Part shown: positions 16,729-26,573 of the stretch, in pieces | Numbering within the stretch: position 1 is the first letter of the stretch | Layout of the letters: the number at the start of each line of letters is the position of its first letter | Source of the DNA: an uncultured Bacteroidota bacterium | GTDB lineage: Bacteria > Bacteroidota > Bacteroidia > Bacteroidales > P3 | Length of the DNA stretch: 64,000 nt | Reading direction: 5' to 3' | NCBI GenBank assembly: GCA_902771735.1 | Contig: CACXXO010000010.1 | Span: 4,056-68,055 of the forward strand | Notes under the pieces: generated by a model | Databases searched by the model: none | Told to the model about the DNA's origin: nothing | Seen by the model: the letters and a program-made list of their open reading frames with translations, nothing else | Position numbers and translations under genes: made by a program

Positions 16729-18970
16729 AGTCGTGCGGTTCGCCTTGGATTTCTTGTTGGAAATTGGAGCAGTCGAGCTCGATGGGAATATTGGGCCGTT
16801 CGAAATCGCCTCGGTAGAACTTGATGTTGGGGTCTTTGTATATTTTTTCCATGTAGAGACCGAAGATGGGCAATGCCATGGCGGCACCCTGACCGTAGGT
16901 CATGTTGCGGAAGTGGATGGATCGCAACTCGCCGCCCGTCCACACAGCCGTGGCCAGTTTGGGTGTGATGCCCACGAACCAGCAGTCGGAGTTGTTCTGT
17001 GTGGTACCAGTCTTACCGGCGATGGCGGTGGAATACTGGTTGAGGTGATACTTGTAGTTGAGCCTGACGCCAGTACCGCTCTGCACCACGCCTTTCATCA
17101 GTTCGAGCATCATGTAGGCCGTGGCCTCGTTGAGGGCTTCGCTGCGCTTGGCGGTGAAACGCTCGAGCACCATTCCCTTGCTGTCCTCGATGCGTGTGAT
17201 GAAGATGGGCTCGACGTATTCGCCCTTGTTGGCGAAGGTGGCCATGGCGCCGGCCATCTCGGCCACGGTGATTTCGGGGGTGCCCACGGCGATGGCAGGC
17301 ACGGCATCAATGGGGCTGCGGACGCCCATCTTGCGCGCAATGTCGACCACCTGCTCCGGCGAGCCTTGCTTCATGAGATAGGCCGAGACCCAGTTGATGG
17401 AGTGGGCGAGGGCCCATTTGAGGGTCACCATCTCACCTTCACGCTCATGCGAGGAATTTTTCGGACACCAATCGGGTTGTCCCCACACTTCGAAGCATAC
17501 CTCCGAGTTGGGCACCTCGGTGCAGGGGTACATGCCGAGGTCTTGCAGGGCCATTGTATAGACGAACGGCTTGAAGGTGGAACCTACCTGACGGTGGCTC
17601 TGCACGTTGTCATATTTGAAGAAACGGTAGTTGATTCCGCCTACGTAGGCACGCACATAGCCGGTGCCGGGTTCGACCGACATCAGGCCTGCGTTGAGGA
17701 ATTTCTTGCAGTAGATGAGCGAATCCCATGGCGTCATGATGGTGTCCTTGGTGCCTTTCCAGGAAAAAACTCGCATCTTCACCTTCTCGTTGAACTTCTC
17801 GCGAATCTCTTTCTGGCTCAAGCCGTCGGCCTTCAGGCTGCGGTAGCGGTCGCTGTTCTTCATGGCCAGGGTGAGGAACTTGTCTTGCTGCTCCTTGCTG
17901 ATATCGCAGAAGGGATTTCCCTTGCGGACTTTCAGCTCGCGCTCAAAGGCAGGTTGTATCTCTTTGCTGAAATGTTCGCGCACAGCCTGTTCTGCATAGC
18001 GCTGCATGCGGGAGTCGATGGTGGTGTAAATCTTCAGTCCGTCCTTGTGCACGTCGTAGTAGTCGCCGTTGGGTTTGCGGTGGTGCTTGCACCAGTCTTT
18101 CATGTAGGCGCGCAGGTATTCGCGCAGGTAGGGTGCCAGGCCGTCGTTATGGGTCTGCGGCGTATAGCGCGACATGTCGATGCTTTTTCCTTTGAGGAGA
18201 GCCAGGCTGTCGTCGCTGAGGTAGCCATAGTGGTTCATCTGCGACAACACCACATTGCGGCGTTCCTTCGAGTTCTCGGGATGCAGCACAGGGCTGTAGG
18301 TCGTGGGGGCTTTGAGGAGACCCACCAGCACGGCAGCCTCGTCGACATCGAGTTCTGCGGGTGTCTTGTCGAAGAATGTCTTGGCAGCGGTCTTCACTCC
18401 AAAGGAGTTGCTCCCGAAATCCACCGTGTTGAAATACATAGTGATGATTTCCTGCTTGGAGTAGTTGTGTTCCAGTTTGACGGCCACCACCCATTCGCTG
18501 AGTTTCGAGAAGACGGTGCCGCGCTTGACGTTCACCTCGCGCATTTTGTAGAGGTTCTTGGCCAGCTGCTGGGTGATGGTCGAGCCGCCACCCGAAGAGC
18601 CGTGACGGCCCAGAACGGTCTTGAACAATACGCGGAAGAGGCTGCGGGCGTCGATGCCGGAGTGCTTGTAGAAACGCACATCCTCGGTGGCTATGAGGGC
18701 GTTGACAAGGTTGGGGGACAGTTGGTCGTAGGTGACGTTGGAACGGTTCTCGAAGCCGATGTATCCCAGCACTTCGCCGTCATCGCTGATGACCTCGGTG
18801 GCTTGCAGGCTATGGGGGTTCTCGATATCCTCAAATTGCGGCATGTCGCCAATCCACCCGATGGAGAGGAAGAAGAAAAAGAGGAACACGAGGGCCCACA
18901 ATCCACCGAAGCCCCACCAGAGGTATTTGATATATTTTGGGCGTTCGCCCGTCGGGTTTATCTTTTTCAT
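16712..18970 (-). CDS. mrcA: penicillin-binding protein 1A (bifunctional transglycosylase/transpeptidase)
   Basis: Glycosyltransferase motif ATEDVRFYKHSGID. Transpeptidase motifs GSTFKPFVY and AGKTGTTQ. An N-terminal TM anchor is present. Confidence 0.9.
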   Translation of the reverse strand: MKKINPTGERPKYIKYLWWGFGGLWALVFLFFFFLSIGWIGDMPQFEDIENPHSLQATEVISDDGEVLGYIGFENRSNVTYDQLSPNLVNALIATEDVRFYKHSGIDARSLFRVLFKTVLGRHGSSGGGSTITQQLAKNLYKMREVNVKRGTVFSKLSEWVVAVKLEHNYSKQEIITMYFNTVDFGSNSFGVKTAAKTFFDKTPAELDVDEAAVLVGLLKAPTTYSPVLHPENSKERRNVVLSQMNHYGYLSDDSLALLKGKSIDMSRYTPQTHNDGLAPYLREYLRAYMKDWCKHHRKPNGDYYDVHKDGLKIYTTIDSRMQRYAEQAVREHFSKEIQPAFERELKVRKGNPFCDISKEQQDKFLTLAMKNSDRYRSLKADGLSQKEIREKFNEKVKMRVFSWKGTKDTIMTPWDSLIYCKKFLNAGLMSVEPGTGYVRAYVGGINYRFFKYDNVQSHRQVGSTFKPFVYTMALQDLGMYPCTEVPNSEVCFEVWGQPDWCPKNSSHEREGEMVTLKWALAHSINWVSAYLMKQGSPEQVVDIARKMGVRSPIDAVPAIAVGTPEITVAEMAGAMATFANKGEYVEPIFITRIEDSKGMVLERFTAKRSEALNEATAYMMLELMKGVVQSGTGVRLNYKYHLNQYSTAIAGKTGTTQNNSDCWFVGITPKLATAVWTGGELRSIHFRNMTYGQGAAMALPIFGLYMEKIYKDPNIKFYRGDFERPNIPIELDCSNFQQEIQGEPHDYEWDF

Positions 18971-18973
18971 AGG

Positions 18974-19450
18974 CTAATTCATTGTGCTGTATTCAATCCT
19001 GAGGCCGATATGCTCGAGGCCTGCAATGGCGCTGTCACGCATGCCGTTGGTGATTGCGAAGTGGTAGTTGCCAGGCATGGGGAACCGGGCGTTGCGGCGG
19101 AAGAAATAGCGGGTGTCGACATAGCGTCCCGAACGTTTGCCGAGCCATTGCCCCGAGGGATCGGCCAGTGGGTATTCCATTGTGTCGCGGGCCATCGAAC
19201 CGTCGGGGAAGGTGGTGTTGATGAAGAGGAAAGTGTTGCTGTAGGGGTAGCTGACACTGTTGCGCACCTCGACGAGGAAATTGAAGATGAGGTTGGTGTC
19301 CGTCACCTCCACGTCGAAACAGGCGCTGTCGGCCGGCAACCAGCCGTCCTCATCCACATCGGCATATTCGGCATAGTAGACCGAGCCGTCGCACGATGCC
19401 ATCAGTATCGGCAGCAGCAGTGCCGCCAGGTATAGTCTTATTCTTTTCAT
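18974..19450 (-). CDS. gldH: gliding-motility / T9SS-associated lipoprotein GldH
   Basis: Lipobox LMASC. 158 aa. ...FLVEVRNSVSYPYSNTFLFINTTFPDG...GNYHFAITNGMRD. It also sits in the classic PSP1-gldH-PBP1A synteny. Confidence 0.7.
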   Translation of the reverse strand: MKRIRLYLAALLLPILMASCDGSVYYAEYADVDEDGWLPADSACFDVEVTDTNLIFNFLVEVRNSVSYPYSNTFLFINTTFPDGSMARDTMEYPLADPSGQWLGKRSGRYVDTRYFFRRNARFPMPGNYHFAITNGMRDSAIAGLEHIGLRIEYSTMN

Positions 19451-19455
19451 GTTCC

Positions 19456-21132
19456 TTATCCTCTTCTGTCGCGTCCGCCGCTGCGGCGTGGCTGGTCGCC
19501 ACCCTCGTGACGGTTTTTGCCTTCCGATTTCTGTTGTTTGGCTTGTTCCTGTTGGCGCAACTGCCTGGTGGCATGGCGTTCTTCGCGGGCCTTGCGGTCG
19601 CGTTCGCGACGTTCGCCGCGGTCACCGGTGCCACGGTCGGGACGCTCGTTGCGGTTCTCGCGCTGCGGTCGCTCTCTGCGGTCGCCTTTGGGGCTGCGGC
19701 GCTCGCTGCTTTCCGGACGTTGTTCGGAGGTCTCGCCCACCACGCCGTTGCCGCCTTCGGCCAGGCGCTGTATCTCGCGCTCCACCTCCTCGTTGGTGCT
19801 CTCTTGGGCCAGGGCGCTGGTCGACATGAGCTCCACCTGGTAGTCCTCGAGTTTCTCGGGATATTCCTGACGCTGGTTCATCTCGATGATGGCTTTCACG
19901 TCCTCGGCTTTGACGGCGATGAGTTCGTTTTCGCCTTCATAGGCATACCACATGATGCCGCGGAAGACGTCGGTTTTCTTGTACAGGGCCAGTCCTTTCT
20001 TGAAGCGGATGGCTTGGTTGGCCGGCGGGAATTTCTTCAGGGCGTCGGCATAGACTTCATACTCGAAATTGAGACAGCATTTCAGCTTGCCGCACTGGCC
20101 GGCGAGTTTTTGCGGATTGGGGAGTATCTGCTGGGTTTTGGCCGAACTGGTGGTGACGCTCTTGAAGGTCGTCAGCCATGTCGAGCAGCATAGTTCACGG
20201 CCGCAGGTGCCGATACCGCCCACCTTGCCGGCCTCCTGGCGCACTCCGATTTGTTTCATTTCGATGCGCACATGGAACTCTTCAGCGAGGACCTTGATAA
20301 GCTCGCGGAAGTCCACGCGTTCGTCGGCGGTGTAGTAGAAGATGGCTTTCGAGTGGTCTCCCTGGAACTCCACGTCGTTCACCTTCATGTCCAGTCCCAT
20401 GTCGGCCACGATACGGCGGGTGCGCAGCAGGGCTTGGCGCTCCTCCTTGAGGGTGTCCGCCCAGCGGTCGATGTCGGCTTCCTTGGCGCGGCGGAAGAGT
20501 TTCCTTATGTTCTCCGATTCGGGGTTGATACGGTGTTTGCGCATCTGCAGACGGCAGAGTTCACCCGTGAGGCTCACAATGCCCACGTCGTGGCCAGGCT
20601 GTCCTTCCACGGCCACCACGTCACCTTCGGTCACCTCCAGCCCATCGGGCAGGCGGTAGAAGTCCTTGTGGTTGTTCTTGAAGCGCACCTCCACGCAGTC
20701 GAAGGGACGGTCGGTGGGTTGGCGGATGCCGGCCATCCAGTTGGTCGACGTCACCTTCGAGCAACTCTGACGCTCGCTGCAGCAGATGGGTTTGTAGCAT
20801 TCGGGCTTGCGGTTGCATCCGCGGGAGAGGAAGACGGGCTCCTCGTATTTCACCCACGGGATGTCGGGCTCGGGTTCCAGGTAGGGGTCGAGCTGACTCT
20901 CCTCGCTGTGGTATTCCTCCACCTCGGGGTTCTCGCGCTCGATGATTTTTTTCTCCTGGTGCTCCTTGCGGCGCGCTTTCATGAAGTTGGCCACGTCTTC
21001 GGCCGACGCCACAGTCTCTTCTTCGTCAATCACAATGTCGTCCGGCAGTTTGGGCTCCTCTGTCTTGGGGAGCTCGTCGGCGACTATTTCATCTTTCTTT
21101 AATTCTTCGTTATTCATCACTTCGTTATTCAT
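19456..21132 (-). CDS. PSP1 domain (RicT/YaaT-like) protein with a long Arg/Glu-rich C-terminal tail
   Basis: Central region VEVRFKNNHKDFYRLPDGLEVTEGDVVAVE...GKLKCCLNFE. The start ATG at 21132 overlaps the holB stop (ATGA). The tail is a ~110-aa RE/RD low-complexity region. Confidence 0.75.
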   Translation of the reverse strand: MNNEVMNNEELKKDEIVADELPKTEEPKLPDDIVIDEEETVASAEDVANFMKARRKEHQEKKIIERENPEVEEYHSEESQLDPYLEPEPDIPWVKYEEPVFLSRGCNRKPECYKPICCSERQSCSKVTSTNWMAGIRQPTDRPFDCVEVRFKNNHKDFYRLPDGLEVTEGDVVAVEGQPGHDVGIVSLTGELCRLQMRKHRINPESENIRKLFRRAKEADIDRWADTLKEERQALLRTRRIVADMGLDMKVNDVEFQGDHSKAIFYYTADERVDFRELIKVLAEEFHVRIEMKQIGVRQEAGKVGGIGTCGRELCCSTWLTTFKSVTTSSAKTQQILPNPQKLAGQCGKLKCCLNFEYEVYADALKKFPPANQAIRFKKGLALYKKTDVFRGIMWYAYEGENELIAVKAEDVKAIIEMNQRQEYPEKLEDYQVELMSTSALAQESTNEEVEREIQRLAEGGNGVVGETSEQRPESSERRSPKGDRRERPQRENRNERPDRGTGDRGERRERDRKAREERHATRQLRQQEQAKQQKSEGKNRHEGGDQPRRSGGRDRRG

Positions 21133-22169
21133 TTTTTCTTCAAAGCCTTGCTCAAACGGAACGAAAGCTCCATCATCGCAATTTTGGCGTAGGCATTGCG
21201 CTCCACGGCGAAGATGGCGTCGTCCAAGGCTTCTTCTATGAGTGCTATGTTGTTGACAGTAATCATTTTGGGGAACTGGGCGTCGAACTTCTCGTCGCCC
21301 GAGCCGAGGTGGCATGCCACGCCGGCGGCGCTGTTGAGGAAGCAGTCGCGCATTACTTTCTGCGCATATTGCAGGAACAGCTTCAACTGTTCGCGGTTCA
21401 GCCCGGCCATCTTGTCCACCTGTGCCGAGAGCTCTTTCATTTTCAGCTTGAAGAGCATCCTCAACCACCCAACCAGCATCTCTGCAAACTCCGCGTTTTC
21501 CTCTTTGTCCTTGGAATTGTGACCGGTAACCCTTATTGTCTGCACACGGCTCTTGATGGTGGGCAGCAGCCGCTCATCGCTCTCGCACACCAGCATGATT
21601 AATGTTCCCGGCAGGGGTTCCTCGAGGGTTTTGAGCAGTTTGTTGGCGAAACTCTCGTTCATCTTTTCGGCCATCCACACCACCATCATCCTCCATCCGC
21701 CTTCGTAGGCCTTGAGGCTCAAGTCGGAAACCACGCCGTCGGCATCCAGCTCGCGTATGAGGCCCTGCTTGTTCTCGATGCCCAGGGCGTCGTACCAGTC
21801 GTCGATGTCGCCGTGGCCCTGACGGTCGAGCATGAAGTCGCGAAACTCGCCCTGAAACTCGCCGCTCCAAGGCTTCTCTTTCACTTTTGACGTGGTGGCT
21901 GTGGGGAAGATGAAATGCAGGTCGGGATGCATCAGCGAGGCTATCTTCTTGCAACTCGGACACTCGCCGCACGAGTCGGCCCTCAGGTCGCCGCTCTCGT
22001 AATGCTGCCGGTGCTCGCAACACAGATATTGCAAATAGGCCCAGGCCAACGGCATGGCCGTGGGGACCTCGCCGAGCAGCATCTGGGCGTGGCTCACGCG
22101 GCCGCTGTCGATTATCGAAGTCAGCCGGTTGATGGTATCTCGTTGTCCGACAATGTCTTTAAACTGCAT
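21129..22169 (-). CDS. holB: DNA polymerase III delta-prime-like clamp-loader subunit
   Basis: MQFKDIVGQRDTINRL...GRVSHAQMLLGE...CGECPSCKKIASLMHPDLHFIFP. Confidence 0.75.
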   Translation of the reverse strand: MQFKDIVGQRDTINRLTSIIDSGRVSHAQMLLGEVPTAMPLAWAYLQYLCCEHRQHYESGDLRADSCGECPSCKKIASLMHPDLHFIFPTATTSKVKEKPWSGEFQGEFRDFMLDRQGHGDIDDWYDALGIENKQGLIRELDADGVVSDLSLKAYEGGWRMMVVWMAEKMNESFANKLLKTLEEPLPGTLIMLVCESDERLLPTIKSRVQTIRVTGHNSKDKEENAEFAEMLVGWLRMLFKLKMKELSAQVDKMAGLNREQLKLFLQYAQKVMRDCFLNSAAGVACHLGSGDEKFDAQFPKMITVNNIALIEEALDDAIFAVERNAYAKIAMMELSFRLSKALKKK

Positions 22170-22189
22170 ATCCTTTCACATTAAACTTG

Positions 22190-22197
22190 CAAATATA
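22190..22197 (-). promoter_or_regulatory. -7 box TATATTTG for holB
   Basis: The minus strand reads TATATTTG, 21 nt upstream of the holB ATG (22169). Confidence 0.45.
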
Positions 22198-22431
22198 CAA
22201 AAAATATTATATATATGGCCGAAAAAGCTGAAAAAATGAAAAAATAATCCCCTCGGTGCCTTTTTTCAGGCGCCTCCCCATACCCTTGTTTTAAGAAAAT
22301 TTAAGAAAATGTGTCCGGCAAAAAAAACTCTCGAATTCCATCCTGAAATGGCGATCAGGTGGAACAATGTGTTTCTGCCGTCCTTTTTGTAATGTTTTCG
22401 TTTCCAATTAATTATCTATTTTGCCGGAGGT

Positions 22432-22578
22432 CGTGTATAACAAGCTGATTCTTAGTATCATCTCCGTATCAAGTCCGACTCAACTCCGTATCAACTCCGA
22501 GTCATCTCCGACGGGGGTCGGAGATGACTCGGAGAAGGTACGGATATCATACGGTGTTTTAACGTTTGTTAACACTAT
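22432..22578. repeat. 11-nt periodic imperfect palindrome R2
   Basis: Perfect 18-bp stem ctccgagtcatctccgac (22495-22512), loop gggg, gtcggagatgactcggag (22517-22534). An 8-bp helix 22485-22492/22537-22544 extends it. The left arm is five 11-nt units ending in TCCG. The flanks gtgtataacaagctgattctta and ttaacgtttgttaacac are themselves inverted copies. Confidence 0.85.
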
Positions 22579-22591
22579 CGTTTGGCTATTG

Positions 22592-22630
22592 CCGCCAGGG
22601 GGTGGTTCCCCCTGGCGGAATGTTTTTTTT
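22592..22630 (+). terminator. strong intrinsic terminator (plus strand)
   Basis: ccgccaggggg / tggtt / ccccctggcgg is an 11-bp GC-rich stem, followed by aatg and T8 (22623-22630). No plus-strand CDS lies upstream of it. Confidence 0.75.
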
Positions 22631-22701
22631 GCGGCCACAATAAATGTCTGCTTTCTGCGTTATTGGGATTATTCAACTCATAAAAACTAATACTCTACGA
22701 C

Positions 22702-24957
22702 ATGGAAAGTTTGCCTGCGATATTTTCAGATTTGTCGGTCATTCTGGTGGCCGCCGGGGTGATAACGGTGGTTTTCAAGTGGTTGAAGCAGCCTTTGGTG
22801 TTGGGTTACATTCTCGCAGGTTTTTTCATCGGTCCCTATTTTCCTTGGTTCCCTGCCATCACCGACACGGAGAATATCCACGTGTGGAGCGACATCGGAA
22901 TCGTTTTCCTGATGTTCGGTCTCGGTCTTGAGTTTAGCATCAAGAAACTGAAGAAGGTGGGGGCCACGGGAGCCATCACGGCTTTCACCGAGTTGGCCAT
23001 CATGTTCCTCATCGGCACTTCGGTGGGCAAGCTGTTGGGTTTTGGCTCCATGGAGTGCACATTCCTCGGATGCATGCTCTCCATCTCTTCCACGAGCATC
23101 ATTATCAAGAGTTTCGACGATATGAAGCTCAAGCAGCAGAAGTTCACCTCGACGGTGACGGCAGTGCTTGTGGTGGAGGATTTGGTGGCGGTGTTGCTGT
23201 TGGTGGTGCTGGGCACGGTGAGCGTGAGCAAGAGTTTCGACGGCGGAGCGCTGGTGGGCCAGATGGTCAAGCTGGTGTTTTTCCTTGTGGCGTGGTTCGT
23301 CTTCGGCATTTATCTGATTCCGACTTTCCTGCGCTGGATGCGCAAGTATATGAGCGAGGAGACGCTCCTCATACTGGCCGTGGGCCTCTGTTTCGGCATG
23401 GTGGTGCTGGCGGCGCATGCCGGATTCTCCACTGCTCTGGGCGCTTTCGTCATGGGTACCATCCTGAGCGAGACTATCGAGGCCGACGTCATCCACCGCA
23501 TCGTCACCCCGCTGAAGAACCTATTCGGCGCCATTTTCTTTGTCTCGGTGGGTATGCTCATCGAGCCTTCTGTGCTGGTCGAACATTGGCTGACCATCCT
23601 GATCATAGCCCTGACGGTCATCGTGTTCAAGAGCCTGTCGGCCACTATCGGCGTGACGCTGAGCGGCCGTCCGCTGAAGACGGCTGTGCAGAGTGGTTTC
23701 TGCTTCTGCCAGATTGGTGAGTTCTCGTTCATCATTGCCGCCTTGGGATTGTCTATCAAGGGGTTCGACCAGAATCTCTATCCCATCATTGTCTCGGTGT
23801 CGATTCTCACCACCTTCGTCACACCCTACATGATCAAAGGGGCAATACCGTTCTACAACTGGCTGGAGCCCAAGATTCCCGCCGCCTTCAAACGTCGTCT
23901 CGACCAATATGCCGAGAATGCCCACAAGGATGGCGGAAACAAGGCCAATCTCAAGAATTTCCTCCGCAAACAACTCACCAATATTCTCATCCACGGCGTC
24001 ATTCTGGCGGCCATCGCACTGCTGTCCACTTCGCTGCTCATGCCGCTGCTCGACAATCTGTTTGCCGATGCCGGCATTCCGCAGATTTGGAGCCGTCTCA
24101 CAGGCATGGCCGGCACCTTGGTGCTCATGTCGCCCTTCCTCTGGGCCATGGTGGTGAAGAATGTCAGCAAGCACCGCCTCAAGGAGATGTTCGAGACCTA
24201 CCGCCACAGCCCGGCCGTGGTCATCCCCACGTTGCTGTTGCGCTATTTTGTGGCGTTGTTCTCGGTGGGTCTGGTGGTGGGAAGCTACGTCAACCTCGCC
24301 GTGGGTTTTCTCATGGTCATCGCCGTCATGGTGGTGCTTGTGGTGCTCTATTCCCACAGGGCCAACGGCTTCTACGAGCAGATTGAGGAACGTTTCTTCA
24401 GCAATTTCAACTCGCGCCAGGCGCAGGCCTCGTTCCGCATTCCCAAGGGCATGGAGAACGAGTTCATCATGGAGCGTCTCCGCATGACGCAGTATTCGCC
24501 CTTGGCGGGCAAGACCCTCGCGCAGGGCAACCTGCGTGACCACTATGGCGCCAATGTTGTCACCATCGAGCGTGGCGACGATATCATCGACCTTCCCAGC
24601 AAGGACGACCTCCTTATGCCGGGCGACCTCGTGACGGTTATCGGCACGGAGGAACAGGTATCGAAAATTCGTTCCGACATCGAGGTCGAGGCCGATATGC
24701 TGGTGCACGACCGCTCCGACCACGAGTTGCACATGTATCGCTACCGGGTCGACGACGACGGCCCGCTGTGCGGCATTGAAATCAAGCACTCGCCTCTCTC
24801 GCAGCACCGCGCCATGGTGATCGCCATTGAACGTGGCGGGCAGAAAATAGTCAACCCCGACCGTGACACGGTCTTTATGCCGGGCGACATGCTGTGGTTT
24901 ATCTCGCCCGAAGAGATGACTCTTAAAGGATTTGAAAGTAAACTGGTTAAGATATGA
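22702..24957 (+). CDS. CPA2-type cation:proton antiporter with two C-terminal RCK_C (TrkA-C) domains
   Basis: N-terminal multi-TM Na+/H+ exchanger region (LGYILAGFFIGP...). The C-terminus has two repeats, GKTLAQGNLRDHYGANVVTIERG and CGIEIKHSPLSQHRAMVIAIERGG. Confidence 0.82.
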   Translation: MESLPAIFSDLSVILVAAGVITVVFKWLKQPLVLGYILAGFFIGPYFPWFPAITDTENIHVWSDIGIVFLMFGLGLEFSIKKLKKVGATGAITAFTELAIMFLIGTSVGKLLGFGSMECTFLGCMLSISSTSIIIKSFDDMKLKQQKFTSTVTAVLVVEDLVAVLLLVVLGTVSVSKSFDGGALVGQMVKLVFFLVAWFVFGIYLIPTFLRWMRKYMSEETLLILAVGLCFGMVVLAAHAGFSTALGAFVMGTILSETIEADVIHRIVTPLKNLFGAIFFVSVGMLIEPSVLVEHWLTILIIALTVIVFKSLSATIGVTLSGRPLKTAVQSGFCFCQIGEFSFIIAALGLSIKGFDQNLYPIIVSVSILTTFVTPYMIKGAIPFYNWLEPKIPAAFKRRLDQYAENAHKDGGNKANLKNFLRKQLTNILIHGVILAAIALLSTSLLMPLLDNLFADAGIPQIWSRLTGMAGTLVLMSPFLWAMVVKNVSKHRLKEMFETYRHSPAVVIPTLLLRYFVALFSVGLVVGSYVNLAVGFLMVIAVMVVLVVLYSHRANGFYEQIEERFFSNFNSRQAQASFRIPKGMENEFIMERLRMTQYSPLAGKTLAQGNLRDHYGANVVTIERGDDIIDLPSKDDLLMPGDLVTVIGTEEQVSKIRSDIEVEADMLVHDRSDHELHMYRYRVDDDGPLCGIEIKHSPLSQHRAMVIAIERGGQKIVNPDRDTVFMPGDMLWFISPEEMTLKGFESKLVKI

Positions 24958-26573
24958 CGAAGATAAAACTTATAGGACTCATAGGACTTATAGGGCTCAT
25001 AGGTCCTGTTCATGCACAAAACACCGACCGCGGATTTGAGATTGCCAAGAATTTGGAAATCTTTTCCTCGGTTTATAAGCAGTTGAATGCCAGTTATGTC
25101 GACGATGTCGACCCCGGCAAGACCATCAAGGTGGCCATCGACGCCATGCTTGCCTCGATGGACCCCTACACCAATTATTTCCCCGAGAGCGACATGGAGG
25201 ACGTGAAGCTTCAGCTCATGGGCGAATATGGCGGTGTGGGCGCCATTATCATCCAGCGTGGCGATTCGGTCTATATCTCCGAACCCTACAAGGGTCTTCC
25301 TGCCGACGAGGCCGGCATCAAGGCGGGCGACCGCATCGTGGCCGTCAACGGAGAGAGCACCCGCGGCAAGAAAACCCCCGACGTGAGCGGAGCCATGCGT
25401 GGCCAGGCCGGCACCCCGGTGACACTGCTTCTCGAACGCGACGGCAAGGAGTTCGAACGCACCCTCACCCGCCGTGCCATCAAACTGCCCAACGTGCCCT
25501 ATTCCGGCTTTGTGGGCGAAAAGGAAGATGTAGGATATATCAAGCTCGACGAGTTTACCGCCGACGCTGCCAAGAATGTTCGCGAAGCTTTTGTGCGCCT
25601 CAAGAAGGAGAAACCTTCCATGCGCGGTGTTATTCTCGACCTGCGCGGCAACGGCGGCGGCCTGATGAACGAGGCTGTCGACATTGTCAACATATGGGTT
25701 CCCCGCGGCACCCTCGTGGTGGAGACCAAGGGCAAGGTTGCTTCCAAAAACATCAAGAGCTATACCCGTATGCAGCCCGAGGACACCGATATACCGCTGG
25801 CCGTCATCATTGACGGAGGATCGGCCTCGGCCAGCGAGATTGTCAGCGGCAGCCTGCAGGACCTCGACCGCGCCGTGGTCATAGGCCAGCGCAGCTTCGG
25901 CAAGGGATTGGTGCAGAACATCCTGCCTATGCCCTACAACAGTCAGATGAAGGTCACCGTCAGCAAGTATTACATCCCCTCCGGACGCTGTATCCAGGCC
26001 ATCGACTATAGTCATCGGGACGAGAATGGCCGTGCCCTCAAGGTCCCCGACTCGCTCAAGACAGCCTTCAAGACCAAGGGGGGACGCACCGTCTACGACG
26101 GCTTCGGCATCGAACCCGACATCGAGGTCGAGCCTGAGTACATGTCCAACCTCGGCGTGGCCTTGGCTCAGAAGCTGCTGGTGTTCGACTATGCCACGCT
26201 CTTCTGTCGTTCGCACAAAGAGATAGCTCCGGCCAAGGAGTTTGAAATCACCGACGAGGTCTATGCCGACTTCTGCCGTTTCCTCAAGGATAAGAACCTC
26301 ACCTACAGCACCGTCACCGAACGTTATATCAAGGACCTTCGTGAAGTGGCTCAGCAGGAGAAATATTCTGATGCCATCGAGCAGCAGCTCAAGGAGATGG
26401 AGAGACTCCTGGCTGCCGAGAAGGAGGGCGACCTGCAGAAACACCACGACGAGGTGTGCGACATGCTCAAGGCCGAGATTCTCACCCGCTACTACTACGA
26501 TGAGGGTCGTCTCGCCGGTGCTCTCAAGACCGACAAGGTGGTGCAGAAAGCCATCGACGAATTGAGAAAGTGA
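24954..26573 (+). CDS. S41 family C-terminal processing peptidase with PDZ domain
   Basis: PDZ motif GIKAGDRIVAVNGE. Catalytic region IIDGGSASASEIVSG and QRSFGKGLVQ. An ATGA overlap joins it to the antiporter gene. Confidence 0.85.
   Translation: MTKIKLIGLIGLIGLIGPVHAQNTDRGFEIAKNLEIFSSVYKQLNASYVDDVDPGKTIKVAIDAMLASMDPYTNYFPESDMEDVKLQLMGEYGGVGAIIIQRGDSVYISEPYKGLPADEAGIKAGDRIVAVNGESTRGKKTPDVSGAMRGQAGTPVTLLLERDGKEFERTLTRRAIKLPNVPYSGFVGEKEDVGYIKLDEFTADAAKNVREAFVRLKKEKPSMRGVILDLRGNGGGLMNEAVDIVNIWVPRGTLVVETKGKVASKNIKSYTRMQPEDTDIPLAVIIDGGSASASEIVSGSLQDLDRAVVIGQRSFGKGLVQNILPMPYNSQMKVTVSKYYIPSGRCIQAIDYSHRDENGRALKVPDSLKTAFKTKGGRTVYDGFGIEPDIEVEPEYMSNLGVALAQKLLVFDYATLFCRSHKEIAPAKEFEITDEVYADFCRFLKDKNLTYSTVTERYIKDLREVAQQEKYSDAIEQQLKEMERLLAAEKEGDLQKHHDEVCDMLKAEILTRYYYDEGRLAGALKTDKVVQKAIDELRK
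24970..25005 (+). repeat. 4 x 9-bp tandem repeat encoding (LIG)4 inside the signal peptide
   Basis: ttataggac tcataggac ttatagggc tcataggtc, translating to LIGLIGLIGLIG in MTKIKLIGLIGLIGLIGPVHAQ. Confidence 0.8.

Noticed and set aside
19456-19800. The Arg/Glu-rich ~110-aa tail of the PSP1 protein as a separate gene or nucleic-acid-binding module.
   Set aside because: It is continuous in frame with the PSP1 domain and has no internal start signal. Such tails occur in Bacteroidetes PSP1 proteins as far as I recall, so I did not promote it to a finding.
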